NCBI GenBank assembly: GCA_910577805.1 | Contig: CAJTOE010000001.1 | Coordinates: 1-56,624, forward strand | Direction of reading: 5' to 3' | Source of the DNA: an uncultured Oscillospiraceae bacterium | Lineage (GTDB): Bacteria > Bacillota > Clostridia > Oscillospirales > Oscillospiraceae | DNA: 56,624 nucleotides | Shown here: positions 37,601 through 46,336 of the stretch, piece by piece | Layout of the letters: every line of letters begins with the position of its first letter | Numbering within the stretch: the stretch's first letter is position 1 | Translations under genes and position numbers: made by a program | Notes under the pieces: generated by a model | Told to the model about the DNA's origin: nothing | Databases searched by the model: none | What the model saw: only the letters and a program-made list of their open reading frames with translations

Positions 37601-38039
37601 GACGACTCTGGCTAACGGCCTGCCCGCCACGGAGAGCAACATCCGCAGTGTGCTGACAAGCCAGCTGGGCAGCTCCTATTTCTACGACGGTTATAATTGG
37701 AACCAGAGCCTGAATTATAACTATGTCTCCAATGCCTTTGGCGGCGGTACCTCCAGCACGGCCCGGTCCTTCGCCCACTACATCAGCGACCAGATTTTCG
37801 GGCAGAACCGGAACTACGCCACCCGCCAGACCAACCCCAACAACCTGAAGGTGGGCGACATGATCGAAACCAGCTCCCTGTACGACCTGTCCTATCAGAT
37901 CGTCACCGACGTCAACCACAACAACAATCTTTACAGCTACGCCTTTGTGGACAACGCGGGCTATGTCCGGTGGAACGGTCAGTCGGCCTCCATCAGCTCC
38001 CTGAACAACAATTACACCACCATCTGGACCCGCTACTAA
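34692..38039 (+). CDS. Large SLH-anchored surface protein with six tandem ~140-150-aa modules
   Basis: Signal peptide, N-terminal SLH (FSDL..HWA, NRAQGAVVL), six L.N....T..NV...SD..FG...GD...RY modules. Confidence 0.9.
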   Translation: MKKAAALALSACLLVGSAQAVKASDFSDLKSNHWAYSYIDKAAGDGLVSGMGNGKFGPEEKLSNAQFITMVCNLLYEDNVKSFPSGSGANWWLPYLNAAQSVGILNNTTIASERSAAGTWTAKMANAEINRYDMAQIMMNVAKEEDWTPATSSQISTAQSQIADWSSIPSKYQNAVASAYAKKYLSGMDNKGTFLGTATMNRAQGAVVLCKLSDENESEQTPTYTNTTNLVNGKTPTAANVSAALHALRLEYPQGDKWNMNKAYESGQLGTSIGSEAFANLLSDRVFGNLKATRHTNSAALKVGDIVHMSKTGLYGVVTDVDDEMFDYVGCSETGSVTWRGTAWLSDLTSRDSITTRYGSTTVDNALANGLAPTESNVSKALWNLNSSYYDGSLWSANDRYTSKVLGTGYGSRGLSYYFSDEVFGDLKAVEHYRPNDLRVGDVFRMGNQNDDTAYGIVVEVNKTQGTFRYANVYNNTVRWDNSAKLTDLNGYPIYSRYPNTTPSTNTSGKLTNNTDATEPNVRSLISTLQSRYPANSYDWRTNTAFTTSGNRLQYRSSVLGTAYDSQALAYYLSDQIFGNLNYSRYTNNGQYNLRVGDVVIFDNNNNAGLVTSVSSNNSFTYTTLYYSTGTWYTATANWNQSGNLSNYTSGSVSIYSRYPSYNNGTGNYNNAASGTLVNGTQPTEANVGTALSNFQRSSSYPSNGFWGSNYSYRSNILGSSSTPSQALAYRMSDEVFGNLPVTSYSSLYSYTPRTGDVVRFNNGDYGILTGSYSNGGFTYLTLDSLGYARSNSWTNSSLNPSITSIQTRYPTGNNSGNGNYNNAASGTLVNGTQPNEANVNTALSNFQRSNNYPANGYFGPNYSYRSNVLGSGSTPSQAMAYRVSDEVFGNLPVTSYSNTYNYLPRTGDVVRFNDGTSGILTNSYSNGGFNYLALDGQGYARNNTWSNTGFYPTITSVQTRYPSNTNVSGTTLANGLPATESNIRSVLTSQLGSSYFYDGYNWNQSLNYNYVSNAFGGGTSSTARSFAHYISDQIFGQNRNYATRQTNPNNLKVGDMIETSSLYDLSYQIVTDVNHNNNLYSYAFVDNAGYVRWNGQSASISSLNNNYTTIWTRY
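36684..37590 (+). repeat. Intragenic tandem duplication, 456-nt period
   Basis: Modules starting at 36684 and 37140 are highly similar at DNA and protein level. Confidence 0.85.
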
Positions 38040-38042
38040 GCC

Positions 38043-38088
38043 AAAACGGGACCGCCGGTCAAGCACTGACTGGCGGTCCCGTTTTTTT
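38043..38088. terminator. Bidirectional terminator
   Basis: aaaacgggaccgcc...ggcggtcccgttttttt. Confidence 0.85.
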
Positions 38089-38109
38089 GCAATTGAATCG
38101 AAGAAAGCC

Positions 38110-38322
38110 TTAACTGCGCTGCTCCACCGGGTCCTTGTCCCGGAACAGCAGGGAGATACACCACACAGCGGACAGACCCACCAGCGTGTAGATCACCCGG
38201 CTGATCATGCTGCCAGAGCCGCCGCAGGCAAAGGCTACCAGGTCGAATTTGAACAGGCCCACACTGCCCCAGTTGAGTCCTCCGATGATAAGCAGGGTCA
38301 GGGCGATCTTGTCCATTACCAT
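38110..38322 (-). CDS. DUF378 small membrane protein
   Basis: IIGGLNWG, IYTLVGLSA. Confidence 0.9.
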   Translation of the reverse strand: MVMDKIALTLLIIGGLNWGSVGLFKFDLVAFACGGSGSMISRVIYTLVGLSAVWCISLLFRDKDPVEQRS

Positions 38323-38360
38323 ATCGGATCACCTCCTTGGAAAATGGGATTCCGATTGGT

Positions 38361-38389
38361 AGTATACCCGGACTCAGCCCAAATTATCC
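38361..38389 (-). promoter_or_regulatory. Putative sigF/sigG promoter of the DUF378 gene
   Basis: GGATA-15 nt-GGGTATACT. Confidence 0.45.
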
Positions 38390-38769
38390 GGCCCGAAGCC
38401 GTGGGGGAGCAGGTCCCGCAGTGCAGCCTGGGCAAACTGCCCGTCTCCCCGGACGGCCAGCACCAGCAGATCCGGCGCGAATTCGTAGAGCATCTGCCGG
38501 CAGGCTCCGCAGGGCCAGCAGTAGTCCGGACCTTTTCCGGCAATGGCCAGCGTCGTAAAGCCGGAGGTACAGCCCTCACTGACCGCCTTGACCAGGGCGG
38601 TGCGCTCGGCGCAGATGGTGGAGCCGTAGGCGGCGTTTTCTACGTTGCAGCCGGTGAAGACCCGGCCGTCCCCGCAGAGCAGGGCCGCGCCTACGGGAAA
38701 ATGGGAGTAGGGTATGTAGGAAAATTTCTGCATCTCAACGGCTTTTTGAATCAACTCTTGATCTGTCAT
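38374..38769 (-). CDS. cdd: Cytidine deaminase
   Basis: PYSHFPVGAA, GCNVEN, CAERTA, PCGACRQ. Confidence 0.96.
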   Translation of the reverse strand: MTDQELIQKAVEMQKFSYIPYSHFPVGAALLCGDGRVFTGCNVENAAYGSTICAERTALVKAVSEGCTSGFTTLAIAGKGPDYCWPCGACRQMLYEFAPDLLVLAVRGDGQFAQAALRDLLPHGFGPDNLG

Positions 38770-38815
38770 GGGAAACGCTCCTTTCTGGTTTTGTGTTGTT
38801 TGGGTTTTCACCCCC

Positions 38816-39580
38816 CTACGAATCAAAGCTCCGGTCATAAGCGTCAATCAGCTCCAGAATACTCTGCTGCTTTAAATTTCCATGGAGCAGGTCTCCGTTG
38901 GGGGAAATACTGAGCGTATGAATGTCCTTGGGGTCCTGCTCGTAGGGGTCGTCCGGGGGCGGGTTTTCGGCGAAATAAGCGGCAAGATATTTTTTTGCAT
39001 TTCCGCCGGGGAAAATAAGATTGCCCCTGGAGGGTCCAATGCCCATGGCCTGAAATTCGTCCAAAATCTCCCATGTCCGGCGGTTGTAAGGGTTTTCGTC
39101 CGACGGATGGACCAGCCACGCGGGATGGGTGGAGATGGAAACATGCTCCTGCTTCATGCACGCCGCAAATTCCCGGACTGGCTCCAGGGGGATGGTCTCC
39201 TGGTGAAACGCGTCCACGGAGAGCAGGACATTGACTGCGCCACTCAGGGCCAGCCGGTGTGCGGTGTCCCGTATTTGAGTGGGATTTTGCGTAAAAAACC
39301 CGTTGGTGATAAGGTCCCGTCTGGGGATGCCGGCCCGCTTCCCGGCCTCCAGGATATGGCAGACTGTATCCGGATAGAGCAGCGGTTCTCCGCCGAACAC
39401 CATCAGGGATGTAAGCTGGTAACGCTGGGACAGCTCTGTCACCGCTCCGGCGGCCAGAGCGCCGTCCAGATGCTCTCCGCTGGCGGGGTGGTCCCCCTCG
39501 GAGCAGTGCTTGCAGCGCCCGGTACAGGCCAGCGTCACCACGAACTCGATGCGGTCCAGATTGGAAAAACAGGTGTACAC
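38816..39580 (-). CDS. Radical SAM protein of unknown function
   Basis: CTGRCKHC, FGGEPLL, TNG, SVDAFH. Confidence 0.88.
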   Translation of the reverse strand: MYTCFSNLDRIEFVVTLACTGRCKHCSEGDHPASGEHLDGALAAGAVTELSQRYQLTSLMVFGGEPLLYPDTVCHILEAGKRAGIPRRDLITNGFFTQNPTQIRDTAHRLALSGAVNVLLSVDAFHQETIPLEPVREFAACMKQEHVSISTHPAWLVHPSDENPYNRRTWEILDEFQAMGIGPSRGNLIFPGGNAKKYLAAYFAENPPPDDPYEQDPKDIHTLSISPNGDLLHGNLKQQSILELIDAYDRSFDS

Positions 39581-39687
39581 AGTGCCCTCTCCCTTGGGTA
39601 GATTTTGAAATGCTTTTGTTCATTGTACCATAGGGAGAGAGAGGGCGCAAGGGGAGACGGCAAAACCACCGTCCCCCCGCCGCCTTT

Positions 39688-39873
39688 TTACATCCCGATT
39701 GCGTCGGTGAAATTGTCCACCGCCTGGGTCACATGCTTCGCGGCCTTATGGGCGCACCGCCGCATCTCCCGGCGGGAGGGCGCCATGGTCATGCCCAAAA
39801 CGGCTCCCGCCAGCAGACCGGTGGTCATACCGCAGACAAATTTTCCCGCTCCCCAGGATTCCTCGTGCATCAT
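39688..39873 (-). CDS. Small YtxH-like protein
   Basis: RBS ggagg; GLLAGAVLG TM motif followed by a basic helix. Confidence 0.7.
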   Translation of the reverse strand: MMHEESWGAGKFVCGMTTGLLAGAVLGMTMAPSRREMRRCAHKAAKHVTQAVDNFTDAIGM

Positions 39874-40072
39874 AATCATAGCCTCCTTTTTCGCGCTCAG
39901 AGCGCATAGTGGTATTCTTCCCGAAATGGCGGGTTCCATTCTGAAAGCGGCTGGCAGGACTTGGGGGATTCACCCTCATCCCGCAGAAAATGCAGAAAAA
40001 TACATTGCTAAATCCCATTATTTCCGCTATAATCAAAATGATATTTTATGTCTATTTCCGGAGGATTTTTTT

Positions 40073-41353
40073 ATGAAGCTTCTTATCAAAAACGGCTCTG
40101 TCATCGACCCCGCCGGGGACGCCATCTCCCGGATAGACCTGCTGCTGGAGGACGGCAAGGTCGCTCTGCTGGAACGGGGGCTGGAGGTGGAGGCCGACCA
40201 GACCATCGACGCGGCGGGCCTGATGGTCGCGCCGGGGCTGGTGGATATGCACGTACACCTGCGGGACCCCGGCCTTACATACAAGGAGGATGTGTTCACC
40301 GGCACCGCCGCCGCCGCCCGCGGGGGCGTGACCTCCCTTGTGTGCATGGCCAACACCCAGCCGGTCACCGACAGCCCGGAGCAGATCCGGTACGTCCTGG
40401 ACCGGGCCGCCCAGGGCAGCGGCGTGCGGGTCTACCCGGTGGGGGCGGTGTCCCGTGAGATGAAGGGCATCGAGCTGACCGACGCGGAGGAGCTGAAACA
40501 AGCGGGTGCGGTGGCCTTGTCTGACGACGGCTGCAATGTGGACAACGCGGACCTGATGCGGGACGCGCTCATCCGGGCCAAGCGGCTGAATATGCCCATT
40601 CTGTCCCACTGTGAGGACACGTCCATGGCGGGAAACCGGGCGGTCAACGAGGGCCGGGTGTCCCGGAAGCTGTGGATGGAGGGCCGGCCCGCCATCGCCG
40701 AGGAGATCATGGTCATGCGGGACGCAATGCTGGCGGAGGAGACCGGCGCGCCGGTCCACATCTGCCACGTGTCTACCGCCAGGTCTGTGTCCATCATCCG
40801 GTCCATGAAGAAAAAGGGGGTTGCCATCACCTGCGAGACCTGCCCCCAGTACTTCATCCTGACGGAGGACGAAATTCTGACGCAAGGCTCCCTGGCCCGT
40901 GTGAATCCTCCCCTGCGTACGCAGAAGGATGTGCGGGGCATCATCAGCGGCCTGCGGGACGGCACCATCGACGCCATCGCCACCGACCACGCCCCCCACT
41001 CCGCCGAGGAGAAGGCCCGTCCTCTGGCCAAGGCCCCCAGCGGCATGATAGGGCTGGAGACCTCCCTGGCCCTGAGCCTGACCTACCTGTACCACACGGG
41101 CAAGCTGGAGCTGCCCGCCCTGATCCGCCGCATGGCCTACAACCCCGCCAATATCCTCCACCTGGCCCACAAGGGGCGGCTCGTGCTGGGCAGCGACGCA
41201 GACGTGGTCATTTTCGACCCCGACGAGAGCTGGGTCATTGACCCAGAGCAGTTCGCCTCCAAGGGGCGCAACACCCCCTTTGCGGGCCAGACTGTGAAAG
41301 GACGAGTCAAATATACGATCGCAGGAGGACGTGTGATTTACAAGGAGGGATAG
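40073..41353 (+). CDS. pyrC: Dihydroorotase
   Basis: DMHVHLRDPG, VNPPLR, ATDHAPH, SKGRNTPF. Confidence 0.96.
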   Translation: MKLLIKNGSVIDPAGDAISRIDLLLEDGKVALLERGLEVEADQTIDAAGLMVAPGLVDMHVHLRDPGLTYKEDVFTGTAAAARGGVTSLVCMANTQPVTDSPEQIRYVLDRAAQGSGVRVYPVGAVSREMKGIELTDAEELKQAGAVALSDDGCNVDNADLMRDALIRAKRLNMPILSHCEDTSMAGNRAVNEGRVSRKLWMEGRPAIAEEIMVMRDAMLAEETGAPVHICHVSTARSVSIIRSMKKKGVAITCETCPQYFILTEDEILTQGSLARVNPPLRTQKDVRGIISGLRDGTIDAIATDHAPHSAEEKARPLAKAPSGMIGLETSLALSLTYLYHTGKLELPALIRRMAYNPANILHLAHKGRLVLGSDADVVIFDPDESWVIDPEQFASKGRNTPFAGQTVKGRVKYTIAGGRVIYKEG

Positions 41354-41354
41354 T

Positions 41355-41717
41355 ATGAAACAAATGAGAAACTGGCTGTGTAAATCGGTCTATATCGCCC
41401 TGGTGGTTGGATTTATACTCGTGCAGCTGGCAGCCGGAGGCCGTTCCATCTGGGGGGTGGTACTGTTGTGCGCCGCGCAGCTCTGGCGGGCGGTATGCAC
41501 CTTGCTTGGCTGGAACCCGGAGATGGACGGCAATTCCCAGTGGTATCGGAATGTGTATGGATGGTCTGACATTGTATTTCTGGCTGCTGTCAGTTTGATT
41601 ATCCTGGTCCCCATTGACATGGACTGGAGGGTGAGGCTTTGGCTGCTGGGCGGCGCAGTGATCGTGATGGCTGTACTGCTCATATGGGCAGAACGGAAGG
41701 AAAAAGGGAGGAAATAA
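41355..41717 (+). CDS. Hypothetical 4-TM membrane protein within the pyr operon
   Basis: Hydrophobic ORF abutting pyrC and pyrF (1-nt gaps). Confidence 0.65.
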   Translation: MKQMRNWLCKSVYIALVVGFILVQLAAGGRSIWGVVLLCAAQLWRAVCTLLGWNPEMDGNSQWYRNVYGWSDIVFLAAVSLIILVPIDMDWRVRLWLLGGAVIVMAVLLIWAERKEKGRK

Positions 41718-41718
41718 T

Positions 41719-42642
41719 ATGTCATTTGATGTTTTACAGGACAAAATCCGCAAGATGAAAAACCCCACTGTCGCCGGTCTGGACGCACGCATCGAATACG
41801 TCCCGGAGCACATCCGCAAGGCCGCCTTTGCGGAGTACGGCGTGGGCCGCAAGGGGGCCGCCGAGGCCATTTACCAGTTCAACGTGGGGCTGATCGACGC
41901 ACTGTGCGACATCGTCCCCGCGGTAAAGCCCCAGTCCGCCTACTACGAGAACCTGGGCTGGCAGGGCATGGAGATGCTGGAGCGCACCATTGCCTACGCC
42001 AAATCCAAGGAGTTATTTGTGATCGCCGACATCAAGCGCGGGGACATCGGCTCCACCGCCTCCGCCTACGCGGAGGGCTGGCTCTCCGGAACGAAGATCG
42101 AGGGGGAGGTTTTCCCGGCCTTTGACGCGGACTGCGTGACGCTCAACGGCTACATGGGGTCCGACTCCATCAACCCGTTCCTGGAGGCTGCAAAGGCCCA
42201 GGACAAGTGCGTCTTTGTGCTGGTCAAGACCTCCAATCCCAGCTCCGGGGAATTGCAGGACTTGATTGCCGGGGACCGTCAAATCTATCAGGCCATGGGC
42301 GACCTGAACCAGCGCATTGCCAAGGACACTGTGGGAAAATACGGCTATACGATTGCCGGGGCGGTCACCGGGGCCACCTATCCCTCGGACATCCGGGACC
42401 TGCGCAAGCGGCTGGAGCATACCTTCTTCCTGGTGCCCGGCTACGGCGCGCAGGGGGGGACCTCTGAAGATGTACAGCACGCCTTTGACCAGTACGGTCA
42501 TGGGGCTATCGTGAATTCCTCCCGTGGGATCATGTGCGCGTGGCAGAAAACCGGCGGGGACGGGCACGATTTTGCCCAAGCCGCCCGAAACGCCGCTATC
42601 GCTATGCGGGACGATTTGAAGCAGTTTGTAACGATTGTGTAG
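41719..42642 (+). CDS. pyrF: Orotidine-5'-phosphate decarboxylase
   Basis: DIKRGDIGST, KTSNP, LVPGYGAQGG, NSSRGI. Confidence 0.96.
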   Translation: MSFDVLQDKIRKMKNPTVAGLDARIEYVPEHIRKAAFAEYGVGRKGAAEAIYQFNVGLIDALCDIVPAVKPQSAYYENLGWQGMEMLERTIAYAKSKELFVIADIKRGDIGSTASAYAEGWLSGTKIEGEVFPAFDADCVTLNGYMGSDSINPFLEAAKAQDKCVFVLVKTSNPSSGELQDLIAGDRQIYQAMGDLNQRIAKDTVGKYGYTIAGAVTGATYPSDIRDLRKRLEHTFFLVPGYGAQGGTSEDVQHAFDQYGHGAIVNSSRGIMCAWQKTGGDGHDFAQAARNAAIAMRDDLKQFVTIV

Positions 42643-42705
42643 GTTGACTTGGACGGGAGAAGAATAGCCCCCCTTCGTAAGAAGCAGAGCGAAAAGGTCC
42701 CGGAA

Positions 42706-42890
42706 AAAAGGCCCCTTTGGAAAGGGGCTTCCGGCGCAGCCGGGTGGGGATTGCCCCCGACGCACTCCCCCCACCTAAAAATCTTAGACAGACACTTAAA
42801 TCTTAGGCAGACGCTTAAACGCTTGTCTGCCGCGGCAATCCCCCGTCACGCTTCGCGTGCCACCCCCTTTCCAAAGGGGGCTTTTGGGAG
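42706..42890. repeat. REP-like composite palindromic element (family A, copy 2)
   Basis: Arms match 4234-4393; 42843-42861 is the exact reverse complement of 21755-21773. Confidence 0.85.
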
Positions 42891-42901
42891 GTGGACCAAA
42901 C

Positions 42902-43276
42902 ATGCCCGTTTTGCCGAGAGACAAACATCTGCGGCCCCATTCCACCCAATTACGCAACAATCCTACGCCCCAGGAACGGCGCTTATGGTACGAATTTCTG
43001 CGCACCGCGTCCCCACAGTGGAATCGCCAGCGTATCATTGGGGAGTATATCGCAGACTTCTTCTGCGCGAAAGCACGCCTCGTCATAGAACTGAACGGAA
43101 ATCAGCATTATGAAGGCGGAAAATTGATCGAGTACGACCAAATCCGAACGGACTATTTTGAGGCGCTGGGCTTGAAGCTCCTGCGCTTCAAAAATGAAGA
43201 AATAACCCAAAATTTTACAGAAGTCTGCCAGGTGATTCAAAAGGAAACAGAGCGCAGACTGAAGAAAGAACGGTGA
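42902..43276 (+). CDS. DUF559 (Vsr-like) endonuclease-domain protein
   Basis: LRNNPTPQERRLW, RQRIIGEYIADFFC, LVIELNGNQH, LLRFKN. Confidence 0.88.
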   Translation: MPVLPRDKHLRPHSTQLRNNPTPQERRLWYEFLRTASPQWNRQRIIGEYIADFFCAKARLVIELNGNQHYEGGKLIEYDQIRTDYFEALGLKLLRFKNEEITQNFTEVCQVIQKETERRLKKER

Positions 43277-43280
43277 TCAT

Positions 43281-44057
43281 TTGAAGCGGGAACACAAATG
43301 CAAGATCATTTCCAAGGAAACCCTGGGGGACGCGATTTTCATGGTCCTGGAGGTAGGCGACATGGTGCGCACCTCTTTCCGGGCGCCGGGACAGTTTGTC
43401 CACATCAACTGCGGCCACTCCCGGCTGCTGCGGCGGCCCATCTCCGTATGCTCCTGCCAGGAGGACCAGCCGGAGGACACCCTGTCTATCGCCTTCGAGG
43501 TCCGGGGCGAGGGCACCGCATGGCTGGCCCGCCGGCCCGTGGGCCACAGCGTAGATGTGCTGGGACTGCTGGGCAATGGATTCGACATCAGACCGGAGGG
43601 CCGATACCTGCTGGTGGGCGGCGGCATCGGCGTGCCCCCCATGCGGGGCTGCGCCCAGTACACCGGCGGCCGGTCCACCGCCATTTTAGGGTTCCGATCC
43701 AAGGAAAAAGCCGCCCTTCTGAAGCTGTTTGAGGGCGACTGCGCCAAAACCCTGGCCGCCACCGACGACGGCTCTCTGGGCCACCACGGCTTTGTGGACG
43801 AGCTGGTCCGCCAGGAGCTGGCCCAGGACCGGGCTTACGACGGGGTGCTGGCCTGCGGGCCTAAGCCCATGCTGCGCAGCGTGGCAAAAGCCGCCGCCGG
43901 CTTCGGCGTCCCCTGTCAGGTCTCCATGGAGGAGCGGATGGGCTGCGGCGTCGGGGCGTGTTTGGTGTGCGCCTGCGACATGGCGGACGGCGCCCGGAAG
44001 CACGTATGTAAGGACGGCCCGGTATTTTACGCGGAGGAGGTGGACTGGGATGCTTGA
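43281..44057 (+). CDS. pyrK: Dihydroorotate dehydrogenase electron-transfer subunit
   Basis: PGQF, RRPIS, GGGIG, CGP, MGCGVGACLVC. Confidence 0.94.
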   Translation: MKREHKCKIISKETLGDAIFMVLEVGDMVRTSFRAPGQFVHINCGHSRLLRRPISVCSCQEDQPEDTLSIAFEVRGEGTAWLARRPVGHSVDVLGLLGNGFDIRPEGRYLLVGGGIGVPPMRGCAQYTGGRSTAILGFRSKEKAALLKLFEGDCAKTLAATDDGSLGHHGFVDELVRQELAQDRAYDGVLACGPKPMLRSVAKAAAGFGVPCQVSMEERMGCGVGACLVCACDMADGARKHVCKDGPVFYAEEVDWDA

Positions 44058-44964
44058 CCTGTCCGTGAGCTTAGCCGGTGTGACCCTGAAAAATCCCATC
44101 GTCGTGGCCTCCGGCACCTTTGGCTTTGGCCGGGAGTACAGCCAGTTCTACGACCTGTCCGAGCTGGGGGGTATCTGCGCCAAGGGGCTGACCCTCCACC
44201 GCCGGGAGGGCAACCCCGCGCCCCGCATCGCCGAGACCCCTATGGGCATCCTGAATTCTGTCGGCCTGCAAAACCCCGGCGTGGACGCGTTTATCGCGGA
44301 AGAACTGCCCTTCCTGCGGCAGTTTGACACGAAAGTCATTGCCAACATCTCCGGCAATACCCCGGAGGAATACGGCGTGATGTGCGACAAGCTGGCGGAC
44401 GCAGGCGTGGACATGATCGAGGTCAACATCTCCTGCCCCAACGTGAAGGCGGGAGGCCTGGCCTACGGCACCCGGCCTGAACTGGCCGCTGAGGTGACCG
44501 AAACCGCCAAGCAGCACGCAAAGCACGTGCCGGTGATGGTGAAGCTCTCCCCCAACGTGACGGATATTACCGAAATCGCCCGGGCGGTGGAATCCGCCGG
44601 AGCGGACGCGCTCTCCCTCATCAACACCCTGCGGGGAATGCGCATCGACGTGAACACCCGCCGCCCCATCCTGAAAATGAACACCGGCGGACTGTCCGGC
44701 CCCGCGGTCCTGCCGGTGGCGGTGCGGATGGTCTGGGAGGCCGCCCAGGCGGTAACACTCCCCATCCTGGGGATGGGCGGCGTGTCCAAGGGGGCGGACG
44801 CGGCCCAGCTGATGCTGGCGGGAGCCAGCGCCGTGGCTGTGGGGACAGCCCTGTTTGCCGACCCCTTCGCCCCCCTGACCGTCCGGGACGAGCTGGCCGG
44901 GCTGGCCCAAAAGCAGAGCCTGTCCGCCGTCCGGGAGCTCACCGGCGGCGTGCAGCCCTGGTGA
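44050..44964 (+). CDS. pyrD: Dihydroorotate dehydrogenase, family 1B
   Basis: ASGTFG, NSVGLQNPG, NISCPNV, KLSPNVTDI, GGLSGPA. Confidence 0.96.
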   Translation: MLDLSVSLAGVTLKNPIVVASGTFGFGREYSQFYDLSELGGICAKGLTLHRREGNPAPRIAETPMGILNSVGLQNPGVDAFIAEELPFLRQFDTKVIANISGNTPEEYGVMCDKLADAGVDMIEVNISCPNVKAGGLAYGTRPELAAEVTETAKQHAKHVPVMVKLSPNVTDITEIARAVESAGADALSLINTLRGMRIDVNTRRPILKMNTGGLSGPAVLPVAVRMVWEAAQAVTLPILGMGGVSKGADAAQLMLAGASAVAVGTALFADPFAPLTVRDELAGLAQKQSLSAVRELTGGVQPW

Positions 44965-44975
44965 GGTGAGAAATC

Positions 44976-45305
44976 ATGCTGGAGCGTATGATTGAGCTGT
45001 GCCTGCCTACCATCATCGGGGTCTGCGAGCTGATGGGCATTTTTGTGGTGGCCGTCACCACGGTCCGGGCCTTCTGGCGCTACTGCTGGGGTATGTTCCA
45101 AAAACGCCCCTGCAACGTCAAATTCGACCTGGCCGACGGCCTGGCCACCAGCCTGGAGTTCAAAATGGCGGCGGAGATCCTGAAAACCGTGCTGGTCCGG
45201 GACCTGAACGAGCTGATGGTTTTAGGCGCGGTGATTTTACTGCGGGCGCTGCTGTCTCTGCTGATACATGTGGAGATGAAGGGCGAAAAACACGAAAGCA
45301 GGTAA
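44976..45305 (+). CDS. DUF1622 membrane protein
   Basis: LEFKMAAEILKTV pattern; 2-3 TM segments. Confidence 0.8.
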   Translation: MLERMIELCLPTIIGVCELMGIFVVAVTTVRAFWRYCWGMFQKRPCNVKFDLADGLATSLEFKMAAEILKTVLVRDLNELMVLGAVILLRALLSLLIHVEMKGEKHESR

Positions 45306-45312
45306 CGATACT

Positions 45313-46323
45313 ATGACAACGATTTACTTAGTCCGCCACGCCGAGGCCGAGGGCAACCTGTACCGCCGCATCCACGGCTGGTATGACGCGCTGATTACCG
45401 ACAACGGCTTTCGTCAGATCGAGGCCCTGGCCCGGCGCTTTGCGGACGTTCCCATTGACGCGGTGTACTCCAGCGACCTGTACCGGACTATGACCACGGC
45501 CCGTGCGGTCTACGTGCCCAAAAAGCTCCCGCTCCGGACGGACCCGGACCTGCGGGAGATCAAAATGGGCGACCTGGAGGACGTTCCCTTCGGCCAGGCC
45601 CACTACGCCGACCCGGAGAATATGGCCCTCTTCCACCACAGCGACCCCGCCTGGCGCAGGCCCGGCGGCGAGGGTTTTCAGGAGGTGGGCGAACGGCTCG
45701 TCCGGTCCCTCGCCCGCATCGTCCAGGCCCACCCGGACCAGAGCCTTGCGGTGTTCAGCCATGGGACCGCCATCCGGCAGGCAGTGGCCCGTATCCGGAG
45801 CCTCCCCCCCGACCAGTGGAGCACCCTGGGCCACAGCGACAACACCGCCGTGACCAAGCTGGTCTGGGACGGGGCGCAGTTTTTGGTGGAGTACACCAGC
45901 GACGCGTCCCACGTGCCCGACGGGCTGTCCACCCTGAAAAAGCAGCTCTGGTGGCGCAAGGACAGCAAGGCGGAGGATGTGAACCTGCGCTATGTGCCCG
46001 CCGGTCCCGGCCTCTGGCAGGCCTTCTCCAAGGACACCCTGGCCGGACAGCTGGAGCTGGAGCTGGACCGGGAGGCGGAGGAGCAGAACGGGTGGATCAC
46101 CCGCCTGGCGCTGGAGCCGTCCTTTACCGGCCAGAACCTGGGCGTTCAGCTCATTGGCCAGGCCGTCTCCGTGTACCGCCCCCTGGGCCGCAGCTATTTA
46201 CGCCTGTGTATCGCAAAAGAGCAGAAGGAAATTTTGGGCTTTTTCCGGGCCTATGGTTTTTATAAAACCGACGAATGTGCCCAAGGGGGCATTTGGGAAA
46301 AATACATCGGCTATCACCGGTGA
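45313..46323 (+). CDS. Histidine phosphatase-GNAT fusion protein
   Basis: RHAE, YSSDL, FSHG; C-terminal GQNLGVQLI...FFRAYGF. Confidence 0.85.
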   Translation: MTTIYLVRHAEAEGNLYRRIHGWYDALITDNGFRQIEALARRFADVPIDAVYSSDLYRTMTTARAVYVPKKLPLRTDPDLREIKMGDLEDVPFGQAHYADPENMALFHHSDPAWRRPGGEGFQEVGERLVRSLARIVQAHPDQSLAVFSHGTAIRQAVARIRSLPPDQWSTLGHSDNTAVTKLVWDGAQFLVEYTSDASHVPDGLSTLKKQLWWRKDSKAEDVNLRYVPAGPGLWQAFSKDTLAGQLELELDREAEEQNGWITRLALEPSFTGQNLGVQLIGQAVSVYRPLGRSYLRLCIAKEQKEILGFFRAYGFYKTDECAQGGIWEKYIGYHR

Positions 46324-46336
46324 GGAGGATCGTATT

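Noticed and set aside
39950..40072. PyrR attenuator or riboswitch before pyrC
   Set aside because: The leader after the TATAAT box is ~40 nt with no terminator or PyrR-binding loop.
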